Of a stretch of DNA of 64,000 nt, positions 56,267 to 64,000 are shown piece by piece. A model generated the notes under the pieces. That model was not told the DNA's origin. It worked only from the letters and a program-made list of their open reading frames with translations, and did no database searches. Source of the stretch: Parcubacteria group bacterium Gr01-1014_31 (lineage in GTDB: Bacteria; Patescibacteriota; Patescibacteriia; Buchananbacterales; GWA2-38-13); contig VMFR01000001.1 in assembly GCA_007376135.1 (NCBI GenBank), forward strand, positions 270,554-334,553. Direction: 5' to 3'. The first letter of the stretch is position 1. Every line of letters begins with the position of its first letter. The translations under genes were made by a program, and so were the position numbers.

Positions 56267-56344
56267 ATTCAATTTTCATCCCCATTGATTCGATGGCTTA
56301 AATGTCGCTACTCAGTACTGATAACCATACTATCCCATAGTAAC

Positions 56345-56365
56345 AGTAATGGCACCTTTTTAGAA
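56345..56365. repeat. GGCACC hairpin repeat family, copy A
   Basis: ggcacctttttagaaaaggtg. Confidence 0.45.
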
Positions 56366-56564
56366 AAGGTGTGGTTTAATCCGATACTATTTTCGAATTC
56401 TTCAAAGGGCGAGAATAAAAATCATGCGTTCGTTAACATTGACGAAATCACGACTTTATGGTACTCTTCGCTGCCACTCATCTTGTCGATAAGTGGAAGT
56501 GCTTTCGGCACATTTACATTTCAAGTGTTCGGTAACTGGCCCTTTGACGAAAGGAGGTGGCCAG

Positions 56565-56888
56565 GTGTTCGATTTCTTACGTTCAACGCACAGCACGGTG
56601 GCAGTGTTCGTGGGCGTCGTTCTGTTCGTGCTCGTCTTTGCCTGGGTGCTCATCAGGTGGGTTTCCACCTGGGAGGAGGTCGCGGACAAGGTGTCCATGC
56701 AGCGGCAGATCAGGTTCTGGCGAAACACCGCACTCGCCGTCGCCGCCGTGGTTTTCGTGATCGCGCTGGCGAACATTGCCGTGGTGAATGAGACGCCACG
56801 GTCGACCATCGACCGATCGTCGGTAAACCAGCAGGCCGACGACTACGAACAGCACGTCAAGGAGAAGGCCGGTGAAGCAAAGAAGTAG
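56565..56888 (+). CDS. small hypothetical membrane protein
   Basis: GTG after AAGGAGG; two hydrophobic helices. Confidence 0.35.
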   Translation: MFDFLRSTHSTVAVFVGVVLFVLVFAWVLIRWVSTWEEVADKVSMQRQIRFWRNTALAVAAVVFVIALANIAVVNETPRSTIDRSSVNQQADDYEQHVKEKAGEAKK

Positions 56889-56943
56889 CCGGCGTCGGGT
56901 TCGGTCTCTGGATCATCAATCCAAATCAGGAAGGAGAATCACC

Positions 56944-57903
56944 ATGCGTTGGATGAAGTTCCTCATCGCGTTCGTGTGCGGCAGCCTCGCTGCGACGGCT
57001 GCGGTTCTGCTCGGCGGGTGCGACAACATGAAGCAGGTGCCGCCCGGCTTCATCGCCAAGAAGCTCACCCCCACGGGGTGGGAGAAGAAGCTCTACGAGA
57101 GCGGCATGGTGAACGTCGGCACCAAGTCCAACGACGGCACCATGAACATCCTCGTCATCTGCGAGGCAACCACCGCCACCATCAAGGAGCAATTCGGCAA
57201 GGAAGCGGCCGGGAATACCGATGCCGAAGACCACCGGATGCTCACCAAGGACGGCGTCCCGCTGACCGTGGACGTGTACGTGCGCGTTCTCCTGCCCGAC
57301 GACGAAGAGAACCGCAACAGCATCTTCGTGATGGTGACGCCGAAAGCCACCCCCGACATCCAGGTCCAGCGCATCCTGCTGGAAGACGTCTACGAGCGAT
57401 TCGCCCGGCCCAACATCCGGAGCGGCGCGCGAGCGATCTTCGCCGAGCAGGACAGCTACACGGCCGTCTACCAGAACTTCAAGACCATCAGCGACAAGGT
57501 CGGCGCGCTGGTGGCCGAGACGTTCAAGAACGCTAAGGTACCGTTGCGGCTGCAGGCCGTGGAGCTCTCCAATGTCAAGCCGGATGACATCATCTGGCAA
57601 GCGAATGCCGCCAAGGCCTCGGCCGATGCCGAGGTCAATCGCATCAAGGCCATCGGCGATTCGCTGAAGGCCAGCCCCGAGTACCGGGAATACATGATGT
57701 GGAAACAGCTGGAAAAGATCGCCGAGGTCGGCAGTAAGACCGGCCTCAACACCATCATCATCGTTCCCGTCGGCGGTGAAACTCTGGGCAAGCAGATCGC
57801 TGCCGCCGAATACTTGCGTCAGCAAGTCGCTCCCAAGGGCACCAAGATCGTGCCCACGCCCCCGCCGCCCCAGCCCGAACCTGTCAAGGCCGAAAAGCCG
57901 TAG
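56944..57903 (+). CDS. SPFH/band-7 (prohibitin/stomatin-like) domain lipoprotein with Pro-rich C-terminus
   Basis: lipobox LLGGC, band-7 core, AAGGAG RBS. Confidence 0.7.
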   Translation: MRWMKFLIAFVCGSLAATAAVLLGGCDNMKQVPPGFIAKKLTPTGWEKKLYESGMVNVGTKSNDGTMNILVICEATTATIKEQFGKEAAGNTDAEDHRMLTKDGVPLTVDVYVRVLLPDDEENRNSIFVMVTPKATPDIQVQRILLEDVYERFARPNIRSGARAIFAEQDSYTAVYQNFKTISDKVGALVAETFKNAKVPLRLQAVELSNVKPDDIIWQANAAKASADAEVNRIKAIGDSLKASPEYREYMMWKQLEKIAEVGSKTGLNTIIIVPVGGETLGKQIAAAEYLRQQVAPKGTKIVPTPPPPQPEPVKAEKP

Positions 57904-57945
57904 CGCCTTTCCGCCTCTGGACTTCGTCCGTTCCCCGTTCCTTTC

Positions 57946-57974
57946 GCCGGCTCTCCCCGAGGGCCGGTTTTTTA
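57946..57974 (+). terminator. intrinsic terminator
   Basis: ccggc-tctccccgagg-gccgg + T7. Confidence 0.5.
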
Positions 57975-57986
57975 TTACAAAAACTG

Positions 57987-58008
57987 GCGCCTTTCTGGGA
58001 AAGGTGCC
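57987..58008. repeat. GGCACC hairpin repeat family, copy B
   Basis: ggcgcctttctgggaaaggtgcc. Confidence 0.45.
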
Positions 58009-58133
58009 ATTGATAATCCGGCACTTGTCACCTCTTAGGAAGACATGTTCACGAGGATGGTCAGACGTGGATCATGCCTTTGTAGGATTCCGTGGCTCGG
58101 TGCATAACCCTGCCTAGACCGATCAACCGTTCA

Positions 58134-58616
58134 TCAAAATACCAATTTATCAACCCAGGATGGGACTCTAGGATTTTCAACTTTATCGTACTGGGGCCAA
58201 TAGGGTTTGATATCAACAACCGGCGTGTCGTTGAGAATATCCAATCCTTTTACTTTCAAAATATTGCCAACTCTACCCACCAGTTCAACCGTCGATAGCG
58301 CGATGGGATTTGGCCGCTGGGGACATCGGCACGCGAAAATCCCGCCGAACGGCACATCCGCCCTTCCCTGCGGGTGATGCCGCAGATGGCAGTGCTTCTC
58401 CTTATCCAGCCAGTAGACGACCATGATATGCGAATACTCCTCAATACCATCCAGACCCTTCGCGTATTCCTCGTTGATGACGATGTCAGTGACCACGTCC
58501 TTCCACCCCGGCAACGTCGGTTTATCTACCGAGTTTTTCGCGTACCCCAAGGGTCGCATGGTGATGGAACCATCCGCATTGGCGCTGCCTAAAAATTTAC
58601 AGAATTCGGTTTCCAT
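58134..58616 (-). CDS. tsaA: tRNA (adenine37-N6)-methyltransferase TsaA (YaeB/UPF0066 family)
   Basis: IMVVYWLDK, VPFGGIFACRCPQRPNPIALSTVELV, DGTPVVDIKPY motifs; GGGGG SD before ATG at 58614-58616. Confidence 0.75.
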   Translation of the reverse strand: METEFCKFLGSANADGSITMRPLGYAKNSVDKPTLPGWKDVVTDIVINEEYAKGLDGIEEYSHIMVVYWLDKEKHCHLRHHPQGRADVPFGGIFACRCPQRPNPIALSTVELVGRVGNILKVKGLDILNDTPVVDIKPYWPQYDKVENPRVPSWVDKLVF

Positions 58617-58638
58617 ACTGCCCCCATTATACGCTTTT

Positions 58639-58661
58639 GGCACCTTTTCAGAAAAGGTGCC
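58639..58661. repeat. GGCACC hairpin repeat family, copy C (perfect palindrome)
   Basis: ggcaccttttcagaaaaggtgcc. Confidence 0.5.
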
Positions 58662-58738
58662 ACTGAAAATCGGCTTTCTTGGTACCTCTCTAAGAAAGGT
58701 GGCAATACTACTGCCCGTGGCATTTTTTCTGTGTATTA

Positions 58739-59170
58739 CTAACCCGCAGGGAAGTTTATTTCGAGAACTTCCCACGGTTGCCTAGAAACATCTGTATAGC
58801 GTATCCATTTCGGGATTATTTTAAAAAATTTAATCCCCAGCTTCTCAAACTTCACCGCCTCGGGGAACTTCGCGAAGTGTACCTGTTTATATTCCTCAAG
58901 TTCACTATCACTTAATTCGACTGTAATCCCTTCATATTGTACTGTTGCAGGTTCCCACCCAACCACCACAGAGACATTCTGGTTACTTTTCAGATTCTCA
59001 TACTTTCGGAAAGTCGACAGTGTGTCGAATATCAGCTCAAGATTCTCGCGAGCTGAAAGCTCCACCACGGCTGATTCCGATGTATTTTCTGAAGTTACAG
59101 TGGACAATACAGCCAGTTTGTTCTGGTTTATCAACGTCTTTATCTTTCTAATTTTGACATTATCTTCCAT
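58739..59170 (-). CDS. pyridoxamine 5'-phosphate oxidase-like FMN-binding split-barrel protein, low GC
   Basis: KLAVLSTV...VVGWEP pattern of PNPOx-like/general stress protein 26 family. Confidence 0.55.
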   Translation of the reverse strand: MEDNVKIRKIKTLINQNKLAVLSTVTSENTSESAVVELSARENLELIFDTLSTFRKYENLKSNQNVSVVVGWEPATVQYEGITVELSDSELEEYKQVHFAKFPEAVKFEKLGIKFFKIIPKWIRYTDVSRQPWEVLEINFPAG

Positions 59171-59182
59171 AAACTTGTGTTT

Positions 59183-59320
59183 CTATTTCCCGTGACACTT
59201 CTTGAACCCTTCGACAAACTCAGGGTAGGCTTCTTCCCTCACCGTCCCGCCGTTGGCGGGACTCCGCTCGTTCCTACCAATTTCAAGCTTACTTTCCATG
59301 GCAATGCTAATACTAATTGC
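59183..59320 (+). repeat. ~135-bp dispersed repeat, copy 1 (translates spuriously to ...PFDKLR...TPLVPTNFK.TF.GNA)
   Basis: ~80% nt identity to 60068-60200. Confidence 0.55.
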
Positions 59321-59546
59321 CACGCGGATCGCCCAAATACTGAAATCGTGGCATCTTCTTACCATCAACTTCTACTTCCTCCAAAAACATCTTCAGCGGC
59401 CGCGCCCATAGATCAAAATCGCCATATAATGCTCGGTAAATTACCAATTCTTCCAGTGTCTCGCTGTGTCGCGCAGTACCGATAACTTCGTATTCTTTGC
59501 CCTTATAGTGTTGGTATTTTCCTAATTTAAGCATGCTATTTTCCAT
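59313..59546 (-). CDS. DUF1653 domain protein
   Basis: [15 protein letters not shown]...[10 protein letters not shown] signature; low GC. Confidence 0.7.
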   Translation of the reverse strand: MENSMLKLGKYQHYKGKEYEVIGTARHSETLEELVIYRALYGDFDLWARPLKMFLEEVEVDGKKMPRFQYLGDPRGN

Positions 59547-59581
59547 GACATTTTTGTTGCTTATTATCCATACCGCAGGAA

Positions 59582-60025
59582 TTATACTTCTTTAAGTTCA
59601 AATCTTAGAATCGTTTTCCCCTCCGTCCAGACTTTTTCACCAAGTTTTTTCAGGTTCTGTAAATCTTCCTTATAAACATACCCGAATACATTGACGCAGT
59701 CGGAAAGTTTTGCTTCTCCATATACGATTGCGATGCTTCGGCTTACTTCGTTCCCTGGAATCGGAGAAGCATAACCCAATTCACCAACTTTCAAATTTAT
59801 AGAGGCATTTTCCTGTGGAATATTCAGTGATGGACCCTCTTTAATCCATATTTCTTCCCCAGCAAATCTTGCTTGTAACGCATTTGCTTCCAGCGGCAAC
59901 GCTTTGATAAATTCATCGCAAGTAACCGGAGCCTCTTTTTCGTAAAGATTAAATCTTATCGCTGGCAGGCCTTTGGTTTTAAGTTCAATGTAGAGCATAC
60001 ATTTGACTTCTACTTCCCGCGACAT
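59582..60025 (-). CDS. hypothetical protein (147 aa), low GC
   Basis: ATG ORF, no recognised domain. Confidence 0.45.
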   Translation of the reverse strand: MSREVEVKCMLYIELKTKGLPAIRFNLYEKEAPVTCDEFIKALPLEANALQARFAGEEIWIKEGPSLNIPQENASINLKVGELGYASPIPGNEVSRSIAIVYGEAKLSDCVNVFGYVYKEDLQNLKKLGEKVWTEGKTILRFELKEV

Positions 60026-60067
60026 CTTTTATCCTCCTTCGCCAAGGCTACGGAAGTATTGCGAGAT

Positions 60068-60200
60068 ATCACTTACCGTGACATCTCTTGAACCCCGTAC
60101 CAGTCCGCCAGCGGCGGTCAACTACGGGGCAAGCTTCTTCCCTCACCCATCCTTCGACAAGCTCAGGACTCCGCTCGTTCCTACTAATTTCAAGCCTACT
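60068..60200 (+). repeat. ~135-bp dispersed repeat, copy 2
   Basis: shares cgtgaca.ctcttgaaccc, cttcttccctcacc, actccgctcgttcctac.aatttcaag.ctactttcc.tggcaatgct with copy 1. Confidence 0.55.
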
Positions 60201-63012
60201 TTCCGTGGCAATGCTTGAATTTCACTGGCGTACCATCCGCCTTCTTCGCTCCACAAGGACAGGGGTCGTTGCGACCGACACGCGTGCCCTCGTAGTGGGT
60301 TTGCGCGTCGTCCACGTTAGACACCGTTTCGCGCTTGGCGACTTCGCGCGCCTGCGGCGTGTCGTCGTTTGAGGACGCGGCTGCCGCCACAGCCGATGGG
60401 CCGCGCTGCATTTCTTTTGAGGGTGCGGTGAACTGCATCGCGCCCAACCGCGGCTGTTGCATCAGCATCTGGCCGGCGACGCCGACCTTGTAGATGCTGT
60501 AGACGATCTGCTTGTTGACGATGTTGGTCAGCTCCGTGAACATGCGATAGGACTCGCGCTTGTACTCCACCAGCGGGTCCAGCTGGCCGTACCCGCGCAG
60601 CCCGATACCCGTACGCAAGTGGTCCATGGAATCCAGGTGGTCCATCCAGAGGGTGTCCATAGAGCGCAGCATCACGGCTTTTTCAATTTTGCGCATCGCC
60701 AGCTTGTCGCCGGTTGCAGCTTCGGCCGCCCGTTCCAGCTGGTCGTAGTGGGCAACCGCCAATTCTTTCAGGTAATCGATGACGCGGGTACGCGCCTCGG
60801 CGTCGGCCATCTTGTCGCCGGCCTTGCCGCGCCGAAGTTCCAATTGCTGCACGGCATCAGACGGCAGCGGGAAAATGGTCTTTGCGACCTCCGCCACCTC
60901 TTTCAAATCCCAGTCCTGCTGGTTTTCGCCTGCCGTGTGAAACCCGACGAACTGCGCGATTTCCTCGGCAACCAGTGAAAGCACGTCGTCGCGGAGGTTG
61001 TCGCCGTGCAAAATTTTCTTGCGGCGGCCGTACATGAGCTCGCGATGCTTGTTGACCACGTCGTCGTACTCCACCAAATGTTTGCGCAGGTCGAAGTTGT
61101 GCCCTTCCACTTTCTTCTGCGCGGCTTCCAGCGAGCGCGACACCATCCGGTTCTCAATGGGCATGTCTTCGGGGATCTTCAAGGTCTCCATGATGCCGCG
61201 GATACGGTCGGAGCCGAATATCTTCATCAGGTCGTCCTCGGTGCTCAAGAAGAATTGCGAAGAGCCCGGATCGCCCTGGCGGCCTGCGCGACCGCGCAGC
61301 TGGTTGTCGATTCTCCGCGACTCATGCCGCTCGGTGCCGATGATGTGCAGGCCCCCCAGCTCGCACACGACCTTGCCTTCCTCGGCGTCCGGCGGGTTAC
61401 CGCCCAGGATGATGTCCACGCCGCGGCCGGCCATGTTCGTGGCAATGGTCACCGCGCCCCGGCGGCCAGCCTGCGCGATGATCTGGCCTTCCTTTTCGTG
61501 CTGTTTGGCGTTCAGGAGCTGCGCCTCAATTCCCGATTGCGCCAGCAGCTGGCCCAGCAGTTCGTTCTTTTCAATGGAAATGGTACCCACCAGCACGGGC
61601 TGGCCCTTGGCATGGCGCGCTTTTATCTCGGCGACCACGGCCTGATATTTTCCGCCTTCGGTTTTATAGATGCGGTCGGGCAAGTCGCCGCGCACCATCG
61701 GCTTGTTGGTGGGCACCGTAACGACTTCCAAGTCGTAAATTTTTGAGAATTCCTCGGCTTCGGTGGCGGCGGTCCCGGTCATGCCGGCCAGTTTGTTGTA
61801 CAAGCGAAAAAGATTTTGGAACGTAACGGTGGCAAGTGTGCGGCTTTCCTGCTGGACCTTGACCCCTTCCTTGGCTTCGATGGCTTGGTGCAGCCCTTCG
61901 GAGTAGCGGCGGCCGTGCATCATGCGGCCGGTGAACTCGTCCACGATGATGATCTCGCCGTCCTTGACCACGTACTCCTTGTCCAGATGGTAGAGGGATT
62001 GCGCGCGCACCGCCTGTTCGATGTGGTGGACCAGGTCCATCCCGCCCTCGGCGTAGAGGTTGGATACCCCCAGCGCTTTCTCCACCTTGGTAATGCCTAC
62101 CTCGGTCAAGGTGGCCGCGCGCATCTTCAAGTCCACGTTGTAGTCGGTGTTCTCCACCAGAGTGCCGGCGATCTGGGCGAACTGCCGGTAACGATCCGAC
62201 GACTCGGCATCGGGGGCGGAAATGATGAGCGGAGTTCGCGCCTCATCAATGAGGATGGAGTCCACCTCGTCCACGATGGCGTAGTGCAGGCCGCGTTGGA
62301 CCTCCTGGACGGGAGCGCCGGCCATGTTGTCGCGCAGGTAGTCAAAGCCGAATTCGTTGTTCGTGCCGTAGGTGATGTCGCAGCCGTACGCTTCGCGCCG
62401 CGGCACGGGCCGCAGGTAGCTGTACTCCACGCGGAACGCGCCGGTCGTGTCGCGGACTTTGTCGCGCTCCTCCTCGGTGGGTTTTTGCTCCTCCACCTTG
62501 GTCTGCGTCTGGTAGGTCGGATCGTAGCGGAACGACGTTTCGTGCTGGATACAGCCGACCGTCATCCCGAGCGCGTGGTAGATCTGCCCCATCCAGACCG
62601 CATCGCGCCGCGCCAGGTAGTCGTTGACCGTTACCAGGTGACAACCCTTGCCCTCCAGCGCGTTGAGGTACATCGGCAAGGTTGCGGTCAACGTCTTTCC
62701 TTCACCCGTGCGCATCTCGGCGATCTGCCCGCGGTGCAGGACCATGCCGCCGAGCAGCTGCACGTCAAAATGGCGCTGGCCCAGCGTCCGAGAAGCTGCT
62801 TCCCGCACGGCCGCAAACGCTTGGGGCAGCAGCGCGTCCAACGCTTCGCCTTTCACGAGACGCTCGCGCAGGACCGCGGTTGCGCCCGACAATTCCGCGT
62901 CGGAAAACGCGCGGTATTTTTGCTCCAACGCGTTGACCTGGGCAACGATGGGCTCCAGAGTCTTCACGACGCGGGCGTTGGCATCACCGAAAATTTTGGT
63001 CAAAAGCGACAT
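60196..63012 (-). CDS. secA: preprotein translocase ATPase SecA
   Basis: full-length 938 aa with Walker A/B, preprotein cross-linking and helical scaffold domains, C-terminal zinc finger CPCGAKK..HCHG. Confidence 0.95.
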   Translation of the reverse strand: MSLLTKIFGDANARVVKTLEPIVAQVNALEQKYRAFSDAELSGATAVLRERLVKGEALDALLPQAFAAVREAASRTLGQRHFDVQLLGGMVLHRGQIAEMRTGEGKTLTATLPMYLNALEGKGCHLVTVNDYLARRDAVWMGQIYHALGMTVGCIQHETSFRYDPTYQTQTKVEEQKPTEEERDKVRDTTGAFRVEYSYLRPVPRREAYGCDITYGTNNEFGFDYLRDNMAGAPVQEVQRGLHYAIVDEVDSILIDEARTPLIISAPDAESSDRYRQFAQIAGTLVENTDYNVDLKMRAATLTEVGITKVEKALGVSNLYAEGGMDLVHHIEQAVRAQSLYHLDKEYVVKDGEIIIVDEFTGRMMHGRRYSEGLHQAIEAKEGVKVQQESRTLATVTFQNLFRLYNKLAGMTGTAATEAEEFSKIYDLEVVTVPTNKPMVRGDLPDRIYKTEGGKYQAVVAEIKARHAKGQPVLVGTISIEKNELLGQLLAQSGIEAQLLNAKQHEKEGQIIAQAGRRGAVTIATNMAGRGVDIILGGNPPDAEEGKVVCELGGLHIIGTERHESRRIDNQLRGRAGRQGDPGSSQFFLSTEDDLMKIFGSDRIRGIMETLKIPEDMPIENRMVSRSLEAAQKKVEGHNFDLRKHLVEYDDVVNKHRELMYGRRKKILHGDNLRDDVLSLVAEEIAQFVGFHTAGENQQDWDLKEVAEVAKTIFPLPSDAVQQLELRRGKAGDKMADAEARTRVIDYLKELAVAHYDQLERAAEAATGDKLAMRKIEKAVMLRSMDTLWMDHLDSMDHLRTGIGLRGYGQLDPLVEYKRESYRMFTELTNIVNKQIVYSIYKVGVAGQMLMQQPRLGAMQFTAPSKEMQRGPSAVAAAASSNDDTPQAREVAKRETVSNVDDAQTHYEGTRVGRNDPCPCGAKKADGTPVKFKHCHGK

Positions 63013-63110
63013 AGAATGTTTGCCAATTTTACCCTAAACTCTGCCAAATTGCAAACGTCGGGAATCTGACTGGTTTTGACATTTAAAACACCCCATGTTA
63101 ACGTTTCGCT

Positions 63111-63326
63111 TCGCGCAGCCCTTTGGAAATTGCCCCGTGGGTTGGTGCTCCACTGATGTGCACCTTTGCCGTTTACGGCGTATTTCTTCCCCCGCCATTA
63201 CGGCGGGCTTCTCTCTTCACGCGCTGTGAACCCAACCCCCGGGGTTTGACCTCCGCCTACCGGGCTCGTCACCCTCTACCACCATCACCGCTAACGGTGT
63301 CGGTGAGTCCGGTAGGCTCTTTTTTA
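63111..63326 (+). ncRNA. candidate ~215-nt sRNA: promoter TTGACA-17-TAACGT (63076-63104) to long terminator hairpin gcctaccgg...ccggtaggc + T-run (63255-63326)
   Basis: promoter and terminator pair, ORF-free, divergent from secA. Confidence 0.35.
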
Positions 63327-63347
63327 TTCCCCACGGATTGACAAAAA

Positions 63348-63376
63348 ACACCGGAGAACCTACAGTGGCAACGCCC
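63348..63376 (+). promoter_or_regulatory. sigma70-like promoter TTGACA-17-TACAGT; 350-nt structured leader (or separate sRNA) upstream of pilB
   Basis: ttgaca 63348-63353, tacagt 63371-63376. Confidence 0.4.
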
Positions 63377-63730
63377 TTTCCCATACCAACTATCCGGGAA
63401 AACCATCGTGACGGTGACCTACCCCTACAACAGCTCACCGCCCCTGGTTCTCCCGGACCAATATTCGCTCGCCGGATCGCAGGCTGCTTCTCCCTCCAAA
63501 CTCCCTTTTCCCCAAAGGGATCAACTCGCAGCTCGCATTTCCGGCGGGCTTTTCTTTTTCCCGCGGCCGAAAATAATGCACCCCGATCAGGCCATTTGTG
63601 CCGCTTTGGAGGGACAATCATTCTATTTACCAGATACTCTGAAAACTATTGGATCTCATATTGACATCCTCGGAAAAGTGTGATGAAATCAGCACGCTAA
63701 CAACCACCTTCGGTATTGGATAGATTGATT

Positions 63731-64000
63731 ATGATAAATCTGATTTCCTTCGGCAGTGATGAGAATCGTCTCTGGAAGGCGCTGGAGAACGGGCAGTGCA
63801 TCACTCGGGAACAATTTCGCGAAGCAACGCGGCAGGCGCGCAGCACCGGGCGCTTCCTAACCGATGTGCTATTGCAGAACTATGCCCTGGAGCCGGAAAA
63901 AATGCTGCTGGTCATTTCGGCAACGCTGCATTTCCCGCCGGTACGACTGGCCGACCGGGTCATCTCGCCCGCCGTGCTCAACCTCATCCCGAAAGAGGTC
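63731..64000 (+). CDS. type II secretion/type IV pilus assembly ATPase (GspE/PilB), N-terminal domain; partial, continues beyond window
   Basis: N-terminal GSPII_E_N-like segment (LLVISATLHFPPVRLADRVISPAVLNLIPKEV). Confidence 0.55.
   Translation, partial: MINLISFGSDENRLWKALENGQCITREQFREATRQARSTGRFLTDVLLQNYALEPEKMLLVISATLHFPPVRLADRVISPAVLNLIPKEV

Noticed and set aside
1-64000. CRISPR arrays
   Set aside because: No regularly spaced direct repeats of 24-48 bp with unique spacers were seen anywhere in the window.

Overview
This is a 64 kb window from a high-GC (about 65%) bacterial chromosome with compact gene spacing. The gene content resembles a small-genome, CPR/Patescibacteria-like lineage: archaeal-type UMP kinase, a short TsaB, FkbM methyltransferases, two TrbC/VirB2-like pilin paralogs and a PilB/GspE fragment. 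The organism call is tentative.

Recognisable core genes:
- Cell division and wall: a partial dcw cluster (mraZ-rsmH-ftsL-ftsI-murF), mltG, uppP, pgeF, an L,D-transpeptidase and secA.
- Translation and DNA repair: cysS, rplJ, rplL, xseA, xseB, fpg and pcm.
- Metabolism and transport: metK behind a probable SAM-I riboswitch, pyrF, pyrH, corA, an ABC exporter, a xylose-isomerase-family enzyme, an aldo/keto reductase, a short-chain dehydrogenase and a phospholipase-D-family enzyme.
- A cluster of four Nudix hydrolase genes (one frameshifted) together with an inositol monophosphatase.

Accessory and unusual content:
- A low-GC insertion island between mraZ and tsaB (about 20.5-23.5 kb). It holds an IS1595-family element, a 600-nt promoter-to-terminator unit with no ORF, and a two-gene operon: a Panacea-domain (DUF4065) antitoxin translationally coupled to an unrecognised 138-aa protein. 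This pair is the best candidate in the window for an undescribed toxin-antitoxin or defence module.
- A 106-109 bp palindromic MITE-like element that supplies the ATG start codons of both fpg and pcm.
- A local duplication around two Cys-rich secreted paralogs, flanked by relic fragments of pyrH and of the decarboxylase gene.
- Three further dispersed repeat families: a 45-bp hairpin repeat, a GGCACC hairpin family, and a pair of 130-bp repeats.
- Several ORF-free intergenic promoter/terminator units that are candidate sRNAs.
- A possible orphan, divergent 5S-like RNA.
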